A stretch of 60,421 bases of DNA, counting the filler, from Stramenopiles sp. TOSAG23-2 (Eukaryota): assembly GCA_900128395.1 (NCBI GenBank). It is 5 parts of 5 records of this genome, joined end to end, with 100 filler letters (N's around TTAATTAATTAA, not from the genome) between each part and the next. Parts side by side here need not be neighbours in the genome. Positions count along the whole stretch, not along the records: positions 1 to 12,064 come from LT649882.1; positions 12,165 to 24,199 come from LT649883.1; 3 more parts are not named here. The stretch is one strand, 5' to 3'. Position 1 is the first letter of the stretch; the number at the start of each line of letters is the position of its first letter. Of the stretch, positions 1 through 13,676 are shown one piece after another. Below the pieces are notes generated by a model. The model searched no databases. It was not told the DNA's origin and saw only the letters and a list, made by a program, of their open reading frames with translations. Both the position numbers and the translations under genes were made by a program.

Positions 1-444
1 TTTGATAGGTTGAAATCGCCATTATTAAATTTTTCAACTTTTTTCATTTTTCGCGGCAAAGATTCAAACCAAATGTAGTTTAATGAATCGAGTACTACAT
101 TCCATCGACTAGTTTATATCGACAAATACATGAGATAACAATCTAACTAGTATAAATAATAATTAAAATACTCGATACATTTTGAAAAAACAAACAATTT
201 CAATCAAACTATATATATGACATAGATACATACATATATAATGTGCAAAGCGAGGATAGATCAATATAGATCAATAAAGAAAAAAACATATTTATCATAT
301 ATATTCAATTATTATACGTGTCTTTGTACGTGTGTTTGTGTGTGGTGAATTATTTGTAAGGATCCAAACTTTATTAATATTAAACAAATTATATTTAAAA
401 AAAAAATTAAATCATTTTCAAAAAAATAATTATTAAAAAAAATT

Positions 445-2187
445 ATGGAATTAGTAAATGCACCATCACCTGGTGGAAAACAACAAAACGAAGATGAAGA
501 TGTGAATATGGCAGATGAAACTAGTGTACCTAAAACAGTACGTACACAAGAATTTAGTGCAGAATTATTAAATGTTTATTATACACGGTAAGTTCTACAA
601 TTTATTCATTCTATTCCATACATACAAAACCATTATTAATCAATCAAACTAACAAATTAAATAATCAAACACAAATCAAAAAAAAAACACACACAAAAAC
701 ATCACAGTCTATTTCCATACAATGAAATGTATCGTTGGTTATCATATGGTAATACATATGGTATGAAAGATACAATGGGACAACCAGAATATTTTTTTCA
801 TCGTGAGATATCCTTTACATTGGATGTAAGTGGGGAAGAAGTTTATATTCGTTATTTAAATTTCAAAAATGCAGAGGAAATGCGTAAAAAAATCATGCGA
901 CAACAACCACGTAAAATTGATATTGGTGCTGTTTATTCCCATGAACCATCCAAACATGATATGATACCTTCTAATATATTCAAACCATTAGAACGTGAAT
1001 TGGTATTTGATATCGATTTAACCGATTACGATGATGTTGGTGCAGAAGGTGCAGATATATCACGTGGTATGGGTAAAGATTGTTGGTATTTCATGTCCAC
1101 GGCAGTGAAAGTAGTCGATAAAGCATTACGTGAAGATTTCAATTTTAAACATTTATTATGGATATTTAGTGGTAGACGTGGTGTGCATTGTTGGGTATGC
1201 GATCAATCTGCAAGAACATTAGATGATAAAAGCCGTGCTGCAATTGTCAACTATTTAACGGTTGTGACTGGTAATGAACGTAGTGCAAGCCGTGTACCAT
1301 TGACATACCCATTGCATCCATCCTTGGAACGCTCCTTGCCATACATGGAAGAACAATTTGTGAAATTTGTATGTGAAGGTAATGATGAAAGTACTGGTAA
1401 AATTGGACAAGGTTTATTGGAAAGTGGTAATTCAAATGGTTTCGATGAAATTTTATCCCATATACCACAACAAGATATTGCATCCTCATTAAAAGTAGAA
1501 TGGGAAAAACGTTCAAATAAATCTTTAACTGCAGGGCAACGATGGGAACAATTGAAAAAAACATTACAACTGTATTGTGACAAAGAACAACAAAAAGTAG
1601 GAAAAGGACGTTTAATTAGTGATTCTTTACGTAATTTAAGAACGGCGCATTATGGCATTATATTTATGTAGTAAGTACTATTTATTTATCTATCTATCTA
1701 GAGTCGTCATCGTTGAACTTTTCTGTTCCATCACTGCGTTGTGTACATTTATATGTTCTAACAAAATTTTTCTTATTTTAACATGCACAGTGTTTATCCA
1801 CGTTTAGATGTAAATGTTAGTACGCACAGAAACCATTTATTGAAATCACCATGGTGTGTACATCCAAAAACAGGACGTGTTTGTGTACCAATTGATCCAA
1901 CTAAAGTAGATGAATGGGATCCACATACAACACCAACTGTTGCATCATTAGCTGATGAATTAGATTCATCTTCTTCTTCATTACATAAGAATACAATCAA
2001 TGGTGATGATGGTGATACAAGTAATAGTAGCAATAAACGTATGAAAATTTCTGATGTGGATAAAACTAGTTTAAAACCATATATGGAATATTTTGAACAT
2101 TCATTTTTAGCACCATTATATGCAGATATTAAAAAAGATTTTCGTGAAGCGGCAGAGAAACAAGCTGCAGTGAATGGGGATTGGTAA
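445..2187 (+). CDS. PRIM1: DNA primase small (catalytic) subunit; 3 exons join(445..587,708..1670,1791..2187)
   Basis: Splicing the GTAAGT...CAG introns (588-707, 1671-1790) gives LLNVYYTRLFPY...ELVFDIDLTDY...FSGRRGVHCWV...YPRLDVNVS...HLLKSPWCVHPKTGRVCVP, the eukaryotic Pri1 motifs. Confidence 0.95.
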
Positions 2188-2612
2188 AGGAAGTACATTT
2201 TTAATGAGTTATATGTGACGACAAGAGGAGCTGCAGAAGGGCAGAGGATTTGAAGAGAGATGAGAGATTCTTTTTTTCGTGGTGTAGTTAGAACACATAA
2301 TAATATAAAAAGCATTTATATGTTGTGGTTAGTATTTTATTTTTTATTTTATTAAATATAAACAAATTTAACTCCAGAGTATTAGTGTTAATAATTAGAG
2401 CATTAAAAACTGAAGGTACTACATTAAAAAAGAATTAAAAAAACCTCACCAAACACCAAAACACCAAAATATACAACAAGAGACTCACTACTCACTACTA
2501 TCATCTCATCCATCTGACCATCTAATCATATCTCTCTAATCATTAATCTCTCTCTCCTCAGTCTCTCTCGCTCTCTCCTCTCTCCTCTCTCTCTCTTTCA
2601 CAAAAAAAAATC

Positions 2613-5600
2613 TCACTGCCCACCTAACATTTTCAATGTACCTTTCAATGTATCATAAATATTCTTATTAATACGTTGTAATTTTTTATTTAATACCCAA
2701 TCAACACCAATATCATCTTGTTCAACTGTACTTAACATGACTTGGCTGGATAAATCACATTCATTTAAATTCATAAATAAACGTTCTGCTAATTGATGTT
2801 TCCGTCGTTTTCCACCATCTAAACCAAACATATTAAAATATCGTTCGCGTGTTTCTTTTGGTACTTTTAATTTCAAACGTTCATAGACATGATCACGATC
2901 ATGTTTTTCATAACCTGGTTTACGTTTAAAAATAAATTGTTTAAATTTATTTTGATTATGCATACGTGTTTTTGCTTCCATATTATTGTTGTTATTGTTA
3001 TTATTTCCCTCCACTTCCTCTTCTTCACCTCTTCTACCACCTCGTTGTTGTTGTTGTTGATTTTTTTCTATACGTAAACGTTCGACTTCATCTAAATGTA
3101 CACCCATTTCTAAAAACGTATAATGATAAATTGGATTATGTTTTATATCTAATTGTTTAAATGGTATATTTTTTGTATCAGTACTACCAAATAAAAGCCA
3201 AAATTTTGCACGATATAATAAAGGTTTATCCAATATTTTCCATAAATCAAATAATTCTTTACGTAATATTATAATTTTTTCATAACGTGATATAATCGCT
3301 TGTTTACGTATTAAATATCCACGAAAAATAGCTTGACGTTTAATAATATTTCGTCGACGTTGTTGATACATACGTTTCTTTAATAACATTCGACGATAAC
3401 TAGTAATTTTTGTTGATGCATTTAATCGTCTTAATTTAAATAAAAAATGACGTGATAATTTCTGTATTCTTTTACAAGCATTACGTTTACGTATTAATGG
3501 TGTACGTTGCTTCATTCTACCCCAATTGGTTTGAATCGTTCGTATACTTGCTAATTTTGTTTGATAATTACGATAATCTACTTTACATCTCCATAATGCT
3601 TGTGCATGTATAATACATTTCTCTCGTTTTTTAAATTCATTTGCATTGATATCATCCATGGATTCTTGTCGTTTTTTCTTTCGATTATTTTGCAATACTA
3701 ATTGATCTAATGGCGCTAATGATTCTACATCCCCTGCATCACTTGCATTGTCATCATTATCATCATCATAACCATCGTTATCCATTGCAAATCCAGTAGT
3801 TAAATGCATATGCATTAAAATTTGTTGCACTGCAGCATTTGCACGTCGCTGTGTCTCATAATCAGCAATACGACGTGGTTTTCGTACTATACCATAATTT
3901 TGATTTGATAATTTTGGAAATCCATTTGTATATGTAAATCGTGACATGGTTCCATCTGGTTGAAGTACTGGTATTGGTAATGGTGCATGGAATGTATTAC
4001 GATGGTTAAATTCATTGGAATCTAAAAAATTTGTTTTAAATTTTTTTCGTAATGTAATACTACGATTCATTTTTTTATATATACTTTCTTTGAAAAATTG
4101 TATACAATACCCTATATCTGTACGACTAGATGCACCATCTTTACCTACACCGTCGGTACGATCCCGTACAAAGCCATCCCATAGTTGTGTTCGCATTAAT
4201 ACTAATGCAAATGGACGATCTACTTTATCTAATGATTTCACAAATAATTCTTCATTAAATTTCTTTGTTTCATGTATAATATATTTCTCATAATCTTGAA
4301 AAAATGCAGTCATGAAACGTAAAAATGCTAATCGTACTTGTAAATCAGGAAATTCAATTGTTGTTGTATCAGATAAATTTGATCCACGATTTTCACCAAT
4401 TGTTTTTAATGTTTTACTACCACTATGTTTACTTCTTGTATCATGTAACGTCGATAATCCTAAATTATCACTAAAGACACGGCTACGGCGTACGACGTTT
4501 TTACCATCTTGATCTATACTACTTCTATGATGATCCATATGTTCAATTGTGCCATCTTCCAATGCAAAATTTTCAATTGGTTTTAATGGTTCCCAATCAG
4601 GAAATAATAAATCATTTGGATGTAATAATATGGAACATGGTCGACCAATAGATTCACTAACACTACCACGATACGTAGTTGTTGCTTTTCGTTCTTGTTG
4701 TTCATTATTGTTGTTCTTATTGCTGTTACTACTATCATTATCTGCATCGGATGCTTCTGTTTTTGCTATATCAATATTTAATATTGATAATTGTTTAATT
4801 AATTTCACACCATCATGTTGTGGTAATTGTGGTTTTTCATTTAAATTATCATAATATAAATCACCAGTATCCAAATCAACAAAACATGTATCCGATGGAC
4901 GTCTAGGATTATGTAATATTGATTGAAATGTTTTATAATTCGAGATACCAACAAAATATGGTACCGGTGCATCAATGACATCCATTAAACTTGGTGGTAA
5001 TACTGGTATATATACCCCAGCCCAATAAAACGGAAACAATAAATTTAATAATGCATCCATTGTTGGTGTTAAAATGGAACGTGTTTTAGTCCCCATGATC
5101 ACTTTCACTTCCATTAATAATAATCTCCAGATTAAAATCACTGAATCAACATTTAATCTTGCAAATAATATTTCTAAACAATGTTTACCAATTTGTGGTA
5201 ATGTATTTGATGGTGGTCGAGACAATGTGATGGATATATCTGCTATTGATATATTTACTTCTATAATACCACGTGGTGGTAATGGAACTTCACCACAAAA
5301 ATTTGATATATATTTTTCAATTGGTACAGGTGCATTGGAAATACTTATACGATATAATTGTCTTAAAAATTGTCGTAATTGCCATAAAAATGGATATTTC
5401 GATACAACACATAAACCTTTTCTACTATAGACGGTATGTTTTGAATTGACTGCCCAATTTGGTGTTTTTTTAATATCGTTATGATGTAAAAATAAACATG
5501 CAACGTCTAATGGATCAATACGTTCATAGAAATGTAACTGTGTTGTCGTGGGGATGTTATATATAATTTGTTAATAAAAAAATAATGTGAAAATTGTAAT

Positions 5601-5965
5601 ATATTTTGATAAGTGATCTATATATCATATATTATTAATCTATTTATTGTATACTTACTGTTGCACAATAAAAACGTGAACCGGATACATCAGTCAATAC
5701 AAACCAAAAAAAGGTTGGTTTATTGATGGATATATTATTATTTTTCATACTGTTATTATTGTTATTTGACATATATGTTATATCAACATTATCAGGAAAA
5801 GCAAAAGATGCAACTTGATCTGGACGTATAGCATCTTTTGTTTTTTTTTTAATTTCTTTTTCAATTAAATGTGAATATTGTTTTTCAATCATTTGTTTTG
5901 TTGGAAATTGATCTAATACTTTTGGTTTGAATTGTATACCATTTGGTTGCGTTGAATTTTCAATT
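2613..5965 (-). CDS. DENN-domain Rab GEF-like protein with IQ motifs (mirror copy, 5'-truncated at the palindrome centre)
   Basis: Mirror of 6100..9452 with identical translation. Confidence 0.85.
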
Positions 5966-6099
5966 CTGTGTTGGTGTGTGTGTGTGTAAGGATATTGTTA
6001 GGTAATGGATTATTTTGTATCATTATATATATATATATATAATGATACAAAATAATCCATTACCTAACAATATCCTTACACACACACACACCAACACAG

Positions 6100-9000
6100 A
6101 ATTGAAAATTCAACGCAACCAAATGGTATACAATTCAAACCAAAAGTATTAGATCAATTTCCAACAAAACAAATGATTGAAAAACAATATTCACATTTAA
6201 TTGAAAAAGAAATTAAAAAAAAAACAAAAGATGCTATACGTCCAGATCAAGTTGCATCTTTTGCTTTTCCTGATAATGTTGATATAACATATATGTCAAA
6301 TAACAATAATAACAGTATGAAAAATAATAATATATCCATCAATAAACCAACCTTTTTTTGGTTTGTATTGACTGATGTATCCGGTTCACGTTTTTATTGT
6401 GCAACAGTAAGTATACAATAAATAGATTAATAATATATGATATATAGATCACTTATCAAAATATATTACAATTTTCACATTATTTTTTTATTAACAAATT
6501 ATATATAACATCCCCACGACAACACAGTTACATTTCTATGAACGTATTGATCCATTAGACGTTGCATGTTTATTTTTACATCATAACGATATTAAAAAAA
6601 CACCAAATTGGGCAGTCAATTCAAAACATACCGTCTATAGTAGAAAAGGTTTATGTGTTGTATCGAAATATCCATTTTTATGGCAATTACGACAATTTTT
6701 AAGACAATTATATCGTATAAGTATTTCCAATGCACCTGTACCAATTGAAAAATATATATCAAATTTTTGTGGTGAAGTTCCATTACCACCACGTGGTATT
6801 ATAGAAGTAAATATATCAATAGCAGATATATCCATCACATTGTCTCGACCACCATCAAATACATTACCACAAATTGGTAAACATTGTTTAGAAATATTAT
6901 TTGCAAGATTAAATGTTGATTCAGTGATTTTAATCTGGAGATTATTATTAATGGAAGTGAAAGTGATCATGGGGACTAAAACACGTTCCATTTTAACACC
7001 AACAATGGATGCATTATTAAATTTATTGTTTCCGTTTTATTGGGCTGGGGTATATATACCAGTATTACCACCAAGTTTAATGGATGTCATTGATGCACCG
7101 GTACCATATTTTGTTGGTATCTCGAATTATAAAACATTTCAATCAATATTACATAATCCTAGACGTCCATCGGATACATGTTTTGTTGATTTGGATACTG
7201 GTGATTTATATTATGATAATTTAAATGAAAAACCACAATTACCACAACATGATGGTGTGAAATTAATTAAACAATTATCAATATTAAATATTGATATAGC
7301 AAAAACAGAAGCATCCGATGCAGATAATGATAGTAGTAACAGCAATAAGAACAACAATAATGAACAACAAGAACGAAAAGCAACAACTACGTATCGTGGT
7401 AGTGTTAGTGAATCTATTGGTCGACCATGTTCCATATTATTACATCCAAATGATTTATTATTTCCTGATTGGGAACCATTAAAACCAATTGAAAATTTTG
7501 CATTGGAAGATGGCACAATTGAACATATGGATCATCATAGAAGTAGTATAGATCAAGATGGTAAAAACGTCGTACGCCGTAGCCGTGTCTTTAGTGATAA
7601 TTTAGGATTATCGACGTTACATGATACAAGAAGTAAACATAGTGGTAGTAAAACATTAAAAACAATTGGTGAAAATCGTGGATCAAATTTATCTGATACA
7701 ACAACAATTGAATTTCCTGATTTACAAGTACGATTAGCATTTTTACGTTTCATGACTGCATTTTTTCAAGATTATGAGAAATATATTATACATGAAACAA
7801 AGAAATTTAATGAAGAATTATTTGTGAAATCATTAGATAAAGTAGATCGTCCATTTGCATTAGTATTAATGCGAACACAACTATGGGATGGCTTTGTACG
7901 GGATCGTACCGACGGTGTAGGTAAAGATGGTGCATCTAGTCGTACAGATATAGGGTATTGTATACAATTTTTCAAAGAAAGTATATATAAAAAAATGAAT
8001 CGTAGTATTACATTACGAAAAAAATTTAAAACAAATTTTTTAGATTCCAATGAATTTAACCATCGTAATACATTCCATGCACCATTACCAATACCAGTAC
8101 TTCAACCAGATGGAACCATGTCACGATTTACATATACAAATGGATTTCCAAAATTATCAAATCAAAATTATGGTATAGTACGAAAACCACGTCGTATTGC
8201 TGATTATGAGACACAGCGACGTGCAAATGCTGCAGTGCAACAAATTTTAATGCATATGCATTTAACTACTGGATTTGCAATGGATAACGATGGTTATGAT
8301 GATGATAATGATGACAATGCAAGTGATGCAGGGGATGTAGAATCATTAGCGCCATTAGATCAATTAGTATTGCAAAATAATCGAAAGAAAAAACGACAAG
8401 AATCCATGGATGATATCAATGCAAATGAATTTAAAAAACGAGAGAAATGTATTATACATGCACAAGCATTATGGAGATGTAAAGTAGATTATCGTAATTA
8501 TCAAACAAAATTAGCAAGTATACGAACGATTCAAACCAATTGGGGTAGAATGAAGCAACGTACACCATTAATACGTAAACGTAATGCTTGTAAAAGAATA
8601 CAGAAATTATCACGTCATTTTTTATTTAAATTAAGACGATTAAATGCATCAACAAAAATTACTAGTTATCGTCGAATGTTATTAAAGAAACGTATGTATC
8701 AACAACGTCGACGAAATATTATTAAACGTCAAGCTATTTTTCGTGGATATTTAATACGTAAACAAGCGATTATATCACGTTATGAAAAAATTATAATATT
8801 ACGTAAAGAATTATTTGATTTATGGAAAATATTGGATAAACCTTTATTATATCGTGCAAAATTTTGGCTTTTATTTGGTAGTACTGATACAAAAAATATA
8901 CCATTTAAACAATTAGATATAAAACATAATCCAATTTATCATTATACGTTTTTAGAAATGGGTGTACATTTAGATGAAGTCGAACGTTTACGTATAGAAA

Positions 9001-9452
9001 AAAATCAACAACAACAACAACGAGGTGGTAGAAGAGGTGAAGAAGAGGAAGTGGAGGGAAATAATAACAATAACAACAATAATATGGAAGCAAAAACACG
9101 TATGCATAATCAAAATAAATTTAAACAATTTATTTTTAAACGTAAACCAGGTTATGAAAAACATGATCGTGATCATGTCTATGAACGTTTGAAATTAAAA
9201 GTACCAAAAGAAACACGCGAACGATATTTTAATATGTTTGGTTTAGATGGTGGAAAACGACGGAAACATCAATTAGCAGAACGTTTATTTATGAATTTAA
9301 ATGAATGTGATTTATCCAGCCAAGTCATGTTAAGTACAGTTGAACAAGATGATATTGGTGTTGATTGGGTATTAAATAAAAAATTACAACGTATTAATAA
9401 GAATATTTATGATACATTGAAAGGTACATTGAAAATGTTAGGTGGGCAGTGA
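6100..9452 (+). CDS. DENN-domain protein (uDENN-cDENN-dDENN) + IQ motifs + C-terminal DUF3490-like region; partial, join(<6100..6406,6528..9452)
   Basis: Acceptor CAG at 6097-6099 precedes FKPKVLDQFP (uDENN-like). Intron GTAAGT 6407..CAG 6527. Then GLCVVSKYPF, VPLPPRG, LLFPFYWAGVYIPVLP, DAPVPYFVG (cDENN), AFLRFM...TQLW (dDENN), and IQ-like IQTNWGRMKQR and RQAIFRGYLIRK. No start exon is present. Confidence 0.85.
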
Positions 9453-9877
9453 GATTTTTTTTTGTGAAAGAGAGAGAGAGGAGAGAGGAGAGAGCGAGAG
9501 AGACTGAGGAGAGAGAGATTAATGATTAGAGAGATATGATTAGATGGTCAGATGGATGAGATGATAGTAGTGAGTAGTGAGTCTCTTGTTGTATATTTTG
9601 GTGTTTTGGTGTTTGGTGAGGTTTTTTTAATTCTTTTTTAATGTAGTACCTTCAGTTTTTAATGCTCTAATTATTAACACTAATACTCTGGAGTTAAATT
9701 TGTTTATATTTAATAAAATAAAAAATAAAATACTAACCACAACATATAAATGCTTTTTATATTATTATGTGTTCTAACTACACCACGAAAAAAAGAATCT
9801 CTCATCTCTCTTCAAATCCTCTGCCCTTCTGCAGCTCCTCTTGTCGTCACATATAACTCATTAAAAATGTACTTCCT

Positions 9878-11620
9878 TTACCAATCCCCATTCACTGCAG
9901 CTTGTTTCTCTGCCGCTTCACGAAAATCTTTTTTAATATCTGCATATAATGGTGCTAAAAATGAATGTTCAAAATATTCCATATATGGTTTTAAACTAGT
10001 TTTATCCACATCAGAAATTTTCATACGTTTATTGCTACTATTACTTGTATCACCATCATCACCATTGATTGTATTCTTATGTAATGAAGAAGAAGATGAA
10101 TCTAATTCATCAGCTAATGATGCAACAGTTGGTGTTGTATGTGGATCCCATTCATCTACTTTAGTTGGATCAATTGGTACACAAACACGTCCTGTTTTTG
10201 GATGTACACACCATGGTGATTTCAATAAATGGTTTCTGTGCGTACTAACATTTACATCTAAACGTGGATAAACACTGTGCATGTTAAAATAAGAAAAATT
10301 TTGTTAGAACATATAAATGTACACAACGCAGTGATGGAACAGAAAAGTTCAACGATGACGACTCTAGATAGATAGATAAATAAATAGTACTTACTACATA
10401 AATATAATGCCATAATGCGCCGTTCTTAAATTACGTAAAGAATCACTAATTAAACGTCCTTTTCCTACTTTTTGTTGTTCTTTGTCACAATACAGTTGTA
10501 ATGTTTTTTTCAATTGTTCCCATCGTTGCCCTGCAGTTAAAGATTTATTTGAACGTTTTTCCCATTCTACTTTTAATGAGGATGCAATATCTTGTTGTGG
10601 TATATGGGATAAAATTTCATCGAAACCATTTGAATTACCACTTTCCAATAAACCTTGTCCAATTTTACCAGTACTTTCATCATTACCTTCACATACAAAT
10701 TTCACAAATTGTTCTTCCATGTATGGCAAGGAGCGTTCCAAGGATGGATGCAATGGGTATGTCAATGGTACACGGCTTGCACTACGTTCATTACCAGTCA
10801 CAACCGTTAAATAGTTGACAATTGCAGCACGGCTTTTATCATCTAATGTTCTTGCAGATTGATCGCATACCCAACAATGCACACCACGTCTACCACTAAA
10901 TATCCATAATAAATGTTTAAAATTGAAATCTTCACGTAATGCTTTATCGACTACTTTCACTGCCGTGGACATGAAATACCAACAATCTTTACCCATACCA
11001 CGTGATATATCTGCACCTTCTGCACCAACATCATCGTAATCGGTTAAATCGATATCAAATACCAATTCACGTTCTAATGGTTTGAATATATTAGAAGGTA
11101 TCATATCATGTTTGGATGGTTCATGGGAATAAACAGCACCAATATCAATTTTACGTGGTTGTTGTCGCATGATTTTTTTACGCATTTCCTCTGCATTTTT
11201 GAAATTTAAATAACGAATATAAACTTCTTCCCCACTTACATCCAATGTAAAGGATATCTCACGATGAAAAAAATATTCTGGTTGTCCCATTGTATCTTTC
11301 ATACCATATGTATTACCATATGATAACCAACGATACATTTCATTGTATGGAAATAGACTGTGATGTTTTTGTGTGTGTTTTTTTTTTGATTTGTGTTTGA
11401 TTATTTAATTTGTTAGTTTGATTGATTAATAATGGTTTTGTATGTATGGAATAGAATGAATAAATTGTAGAACTTACCGTGTATAATAAACATTTAATAA
11501 TTCTGCACTAAATTCTTGTGTACGTACTGTTTTAGGTACACTAGTTTCATCTGCCATATTCACATCTTCATCTTCGTTTTGTTGTTTTCCACCAGGTGAT
11601 GGTGCATTTACTAATTCCAT
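9878..11620 (-). CDS. PRIM1: DNA primase small subunit (mirror copy of 445..2187)
   Basis: Reverse-complement copy within the palindrome. Confidence 0.9.
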
Positions 11621-12064
11621 AATTTTTTTTAATAATTATTTTTTTGAAAATGATTTAATTTTTTTTTTAAATATAATTTGTTTAATATTAATAAAGTTTG
11701 GATCCTTACAAATAATTCACCACACACAAACACACGTACAAAGACACGTATAATAATTGAATATATATGATAAATATGTTTTTTTCTTTATTGATCTATA
11801 TTGATCTATCCTCGCTTTGCACATTATATATGTATGTATCTATGTCATATATATAGTTTGATTGAAATTGTTTGTTTTTTCAAAATGTATCGAGTATTTT
11901 AATTATTATTTATACTAGTTAGATTGTTATCTCATGTATTTGTCGATATAAACTAGTCGATGGAATGTAGTACTCGATTCATTAAACTACATTTGGTTTG
12001 AATCTTTGCCGCGAAAAATGAAAAAAGTTGAAAAATTTAATAATGGCGATTTCAACCTATCAAA

Positions 12065-12164
12065 NNNNNNNNNNNNNNNNNNNNNNNNNNNNNNNNNNNN
12101 NNNNNNNNTTAATTAATTAANNNNNNNNNNNNNNNNNNNNNNNNNNNNNNNNNNNNNNNNNNNN
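12065..12164. other. Artificial contig-joining spacer (N44-TTAATTAATTAA-N44)
   Basis: Six-frame stop linker flanked by Ns; identical at four positions. Confidence 0.98.
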
Positions 12165-12748
12165 ATGAAATTCATTATCATGCATGGGATCAAACAGAAA
12201 AATGTTGCTTGCAAACCTACAGCAGCAGCAAACAATGCAACTAATAATGGTCCAAAGATTCCAGCTACTCTGTGCGTTCCACCAGTATATGCCATTGCTT
12301 TCCCACGCATTAATACAGGAACATTCCCAGATAAAAACGTATGTTGTGGTAAATGATATTGACAAAAACCGACACCGATAATAAAATTTGAAATTAAAAT
12401 AAGTCCAGGAACTTCCATCAATCCAGCGAATACAAACGCTACAACAAATAATATAAGGGAAGATAATTGTGTATTTCTTGTCCCAAATTTTTCAATTGAT
12501 TTGCCAACAGGTACAGCAGCTAATAGATTTCCAATACTATTAACAGTGGCGGCAAAACCAATAAATGTGTCGGTAGAATTAAATTTAATTTTCAAAAATA
12601 ATGGTACAAGCATGTTACCGCCTTGATATACCATTCCAATAATTAAAAACGGAATATAAATTTTCATAAATAATTCTTTCATTGTAATTTTCAACGACGT
12701 AGTAACTTGTGGTTGTTGCTTTTCCATTTCTTTCCCCTCATCTTTCAT
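12165..12748 (-). CDS. MFS transporter, N-terminal half (3'-truncated by contig end)
   Basis: Successive hydrophobic helices; motif-A-like PVGKSIEKFGTR; MRGKAMAY...RVAGIFGPLL. Confidence 0.8.
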
Positions 12749-12952
12749 CTTTATTTAATTAATGTATCGTTTACTATTATTACCTGTTATAGTCTAGTCT
12801 AGTAATACTTATAAGGTTCTATAATATCTATATATATATTATAGAATCTGGACTTTGTTAACGAACTACTTCATATATCGTTTTATGTATATCTTATCAT
12901 TATTTGAATTGAATGAGAAGGAGCAAAAGGAGCACAAAAATGGAAGGAGAAG

Positions 12953-13189
12953 TTAGATTTACCTTAACCTATTAGGAAAAGGTAACTGAGAATATATGGC
13001 ACATATTAAAATATAAATAAGATTAAGTACTATTTATATCCTAAATAGGTATACAATATCGTGCTACACAAAAACACATGATTTTTTGACCTATTTAGTA
13101 TATAAATAAGACTTAATGTTATTAATATTTTAATTTGTGCCACATCATCCTCAGTAAACTTTTCCTATACCTGGTATAGGTTTATCTAA
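12953..13189. repeat. ~240-bp imperfect inverted repeat (foldback/MITE-like)
   Basis: Left arm taggaaaaggtaactgag..tggcacatattaaaatataaataagattaagtactatttatatcctaaataggt matches the reverse complement of the right arm acctatttagtatataaataagacttaatgttattaatattttaatttgtgcca..ctcagtaaacttttccta. Confidence 0.8.
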
Positions 13190-13676
13190 ATTACTGCATA
13201 AAAAGAGTGCGTCTTACGCCACGTGATTAATTGATGATGAGCACATTTATGAGCTACAGTACAAATGTACGTATACCAGCCCGCCACAGGTAATCTGGTA
13301 ATGTTAATGTTGTGTATATATAATAACCAAAAAAAAATAATAACCTCCAAACCAATCTAGCACTCTTCTTAGATTTATTAATGATGAATTTATATTTATA
13401 TTATGATCTAATTTAAATTAGATACAATATATATCATTGATGATAATAGTAAAAAGTGAAGAAAATACTGTTATCGTTCTATAGCATTGTACTAATTGTA
13501 TACATCAATGATATATAACATTATCAACGTATATATCGTTTGTCAATGAAATTAGTTCACAATTGATCGTATTATTAATTATATAGAAAATTAAAGATAT
13601 TGTTATTATTATTACATATATATATAACCCAAGTCACTAAATTAATTTACTTCATATACTATAAGTTAGAACCAAC

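Larger units (their letters stand above)
1..12064. repeat. Whole-contig inverted repeat (palindrome) centred on a (TA)9 tract at 6024-6041, no spacer
   Basis: Every ORF has an identical mirror at 12065-x (727..1671+ = 10394..11338-; 2613..5225- = 6840..9452+). The first bases tttgataggttgaaatcgcc are the reverse complement of the last bases before the N linker. Confidence 0.98.

Noticed and set aside
1669-1671. TAG apparently splitting primase into two ORFs (readthrough or alternative code)
   Set aside because: Explained by the canonical intron 1671-1790 (TA|gtaagt...cag|T gives TAT).
6024-6041. Palindrome axis as a protelomerase target of the contig-4 YR-like protein
   Set aside because: The contigs are unlinked, the axis is a plain (TA)n microsatellite in an intron, and a fold-back artefact explains it more simply.
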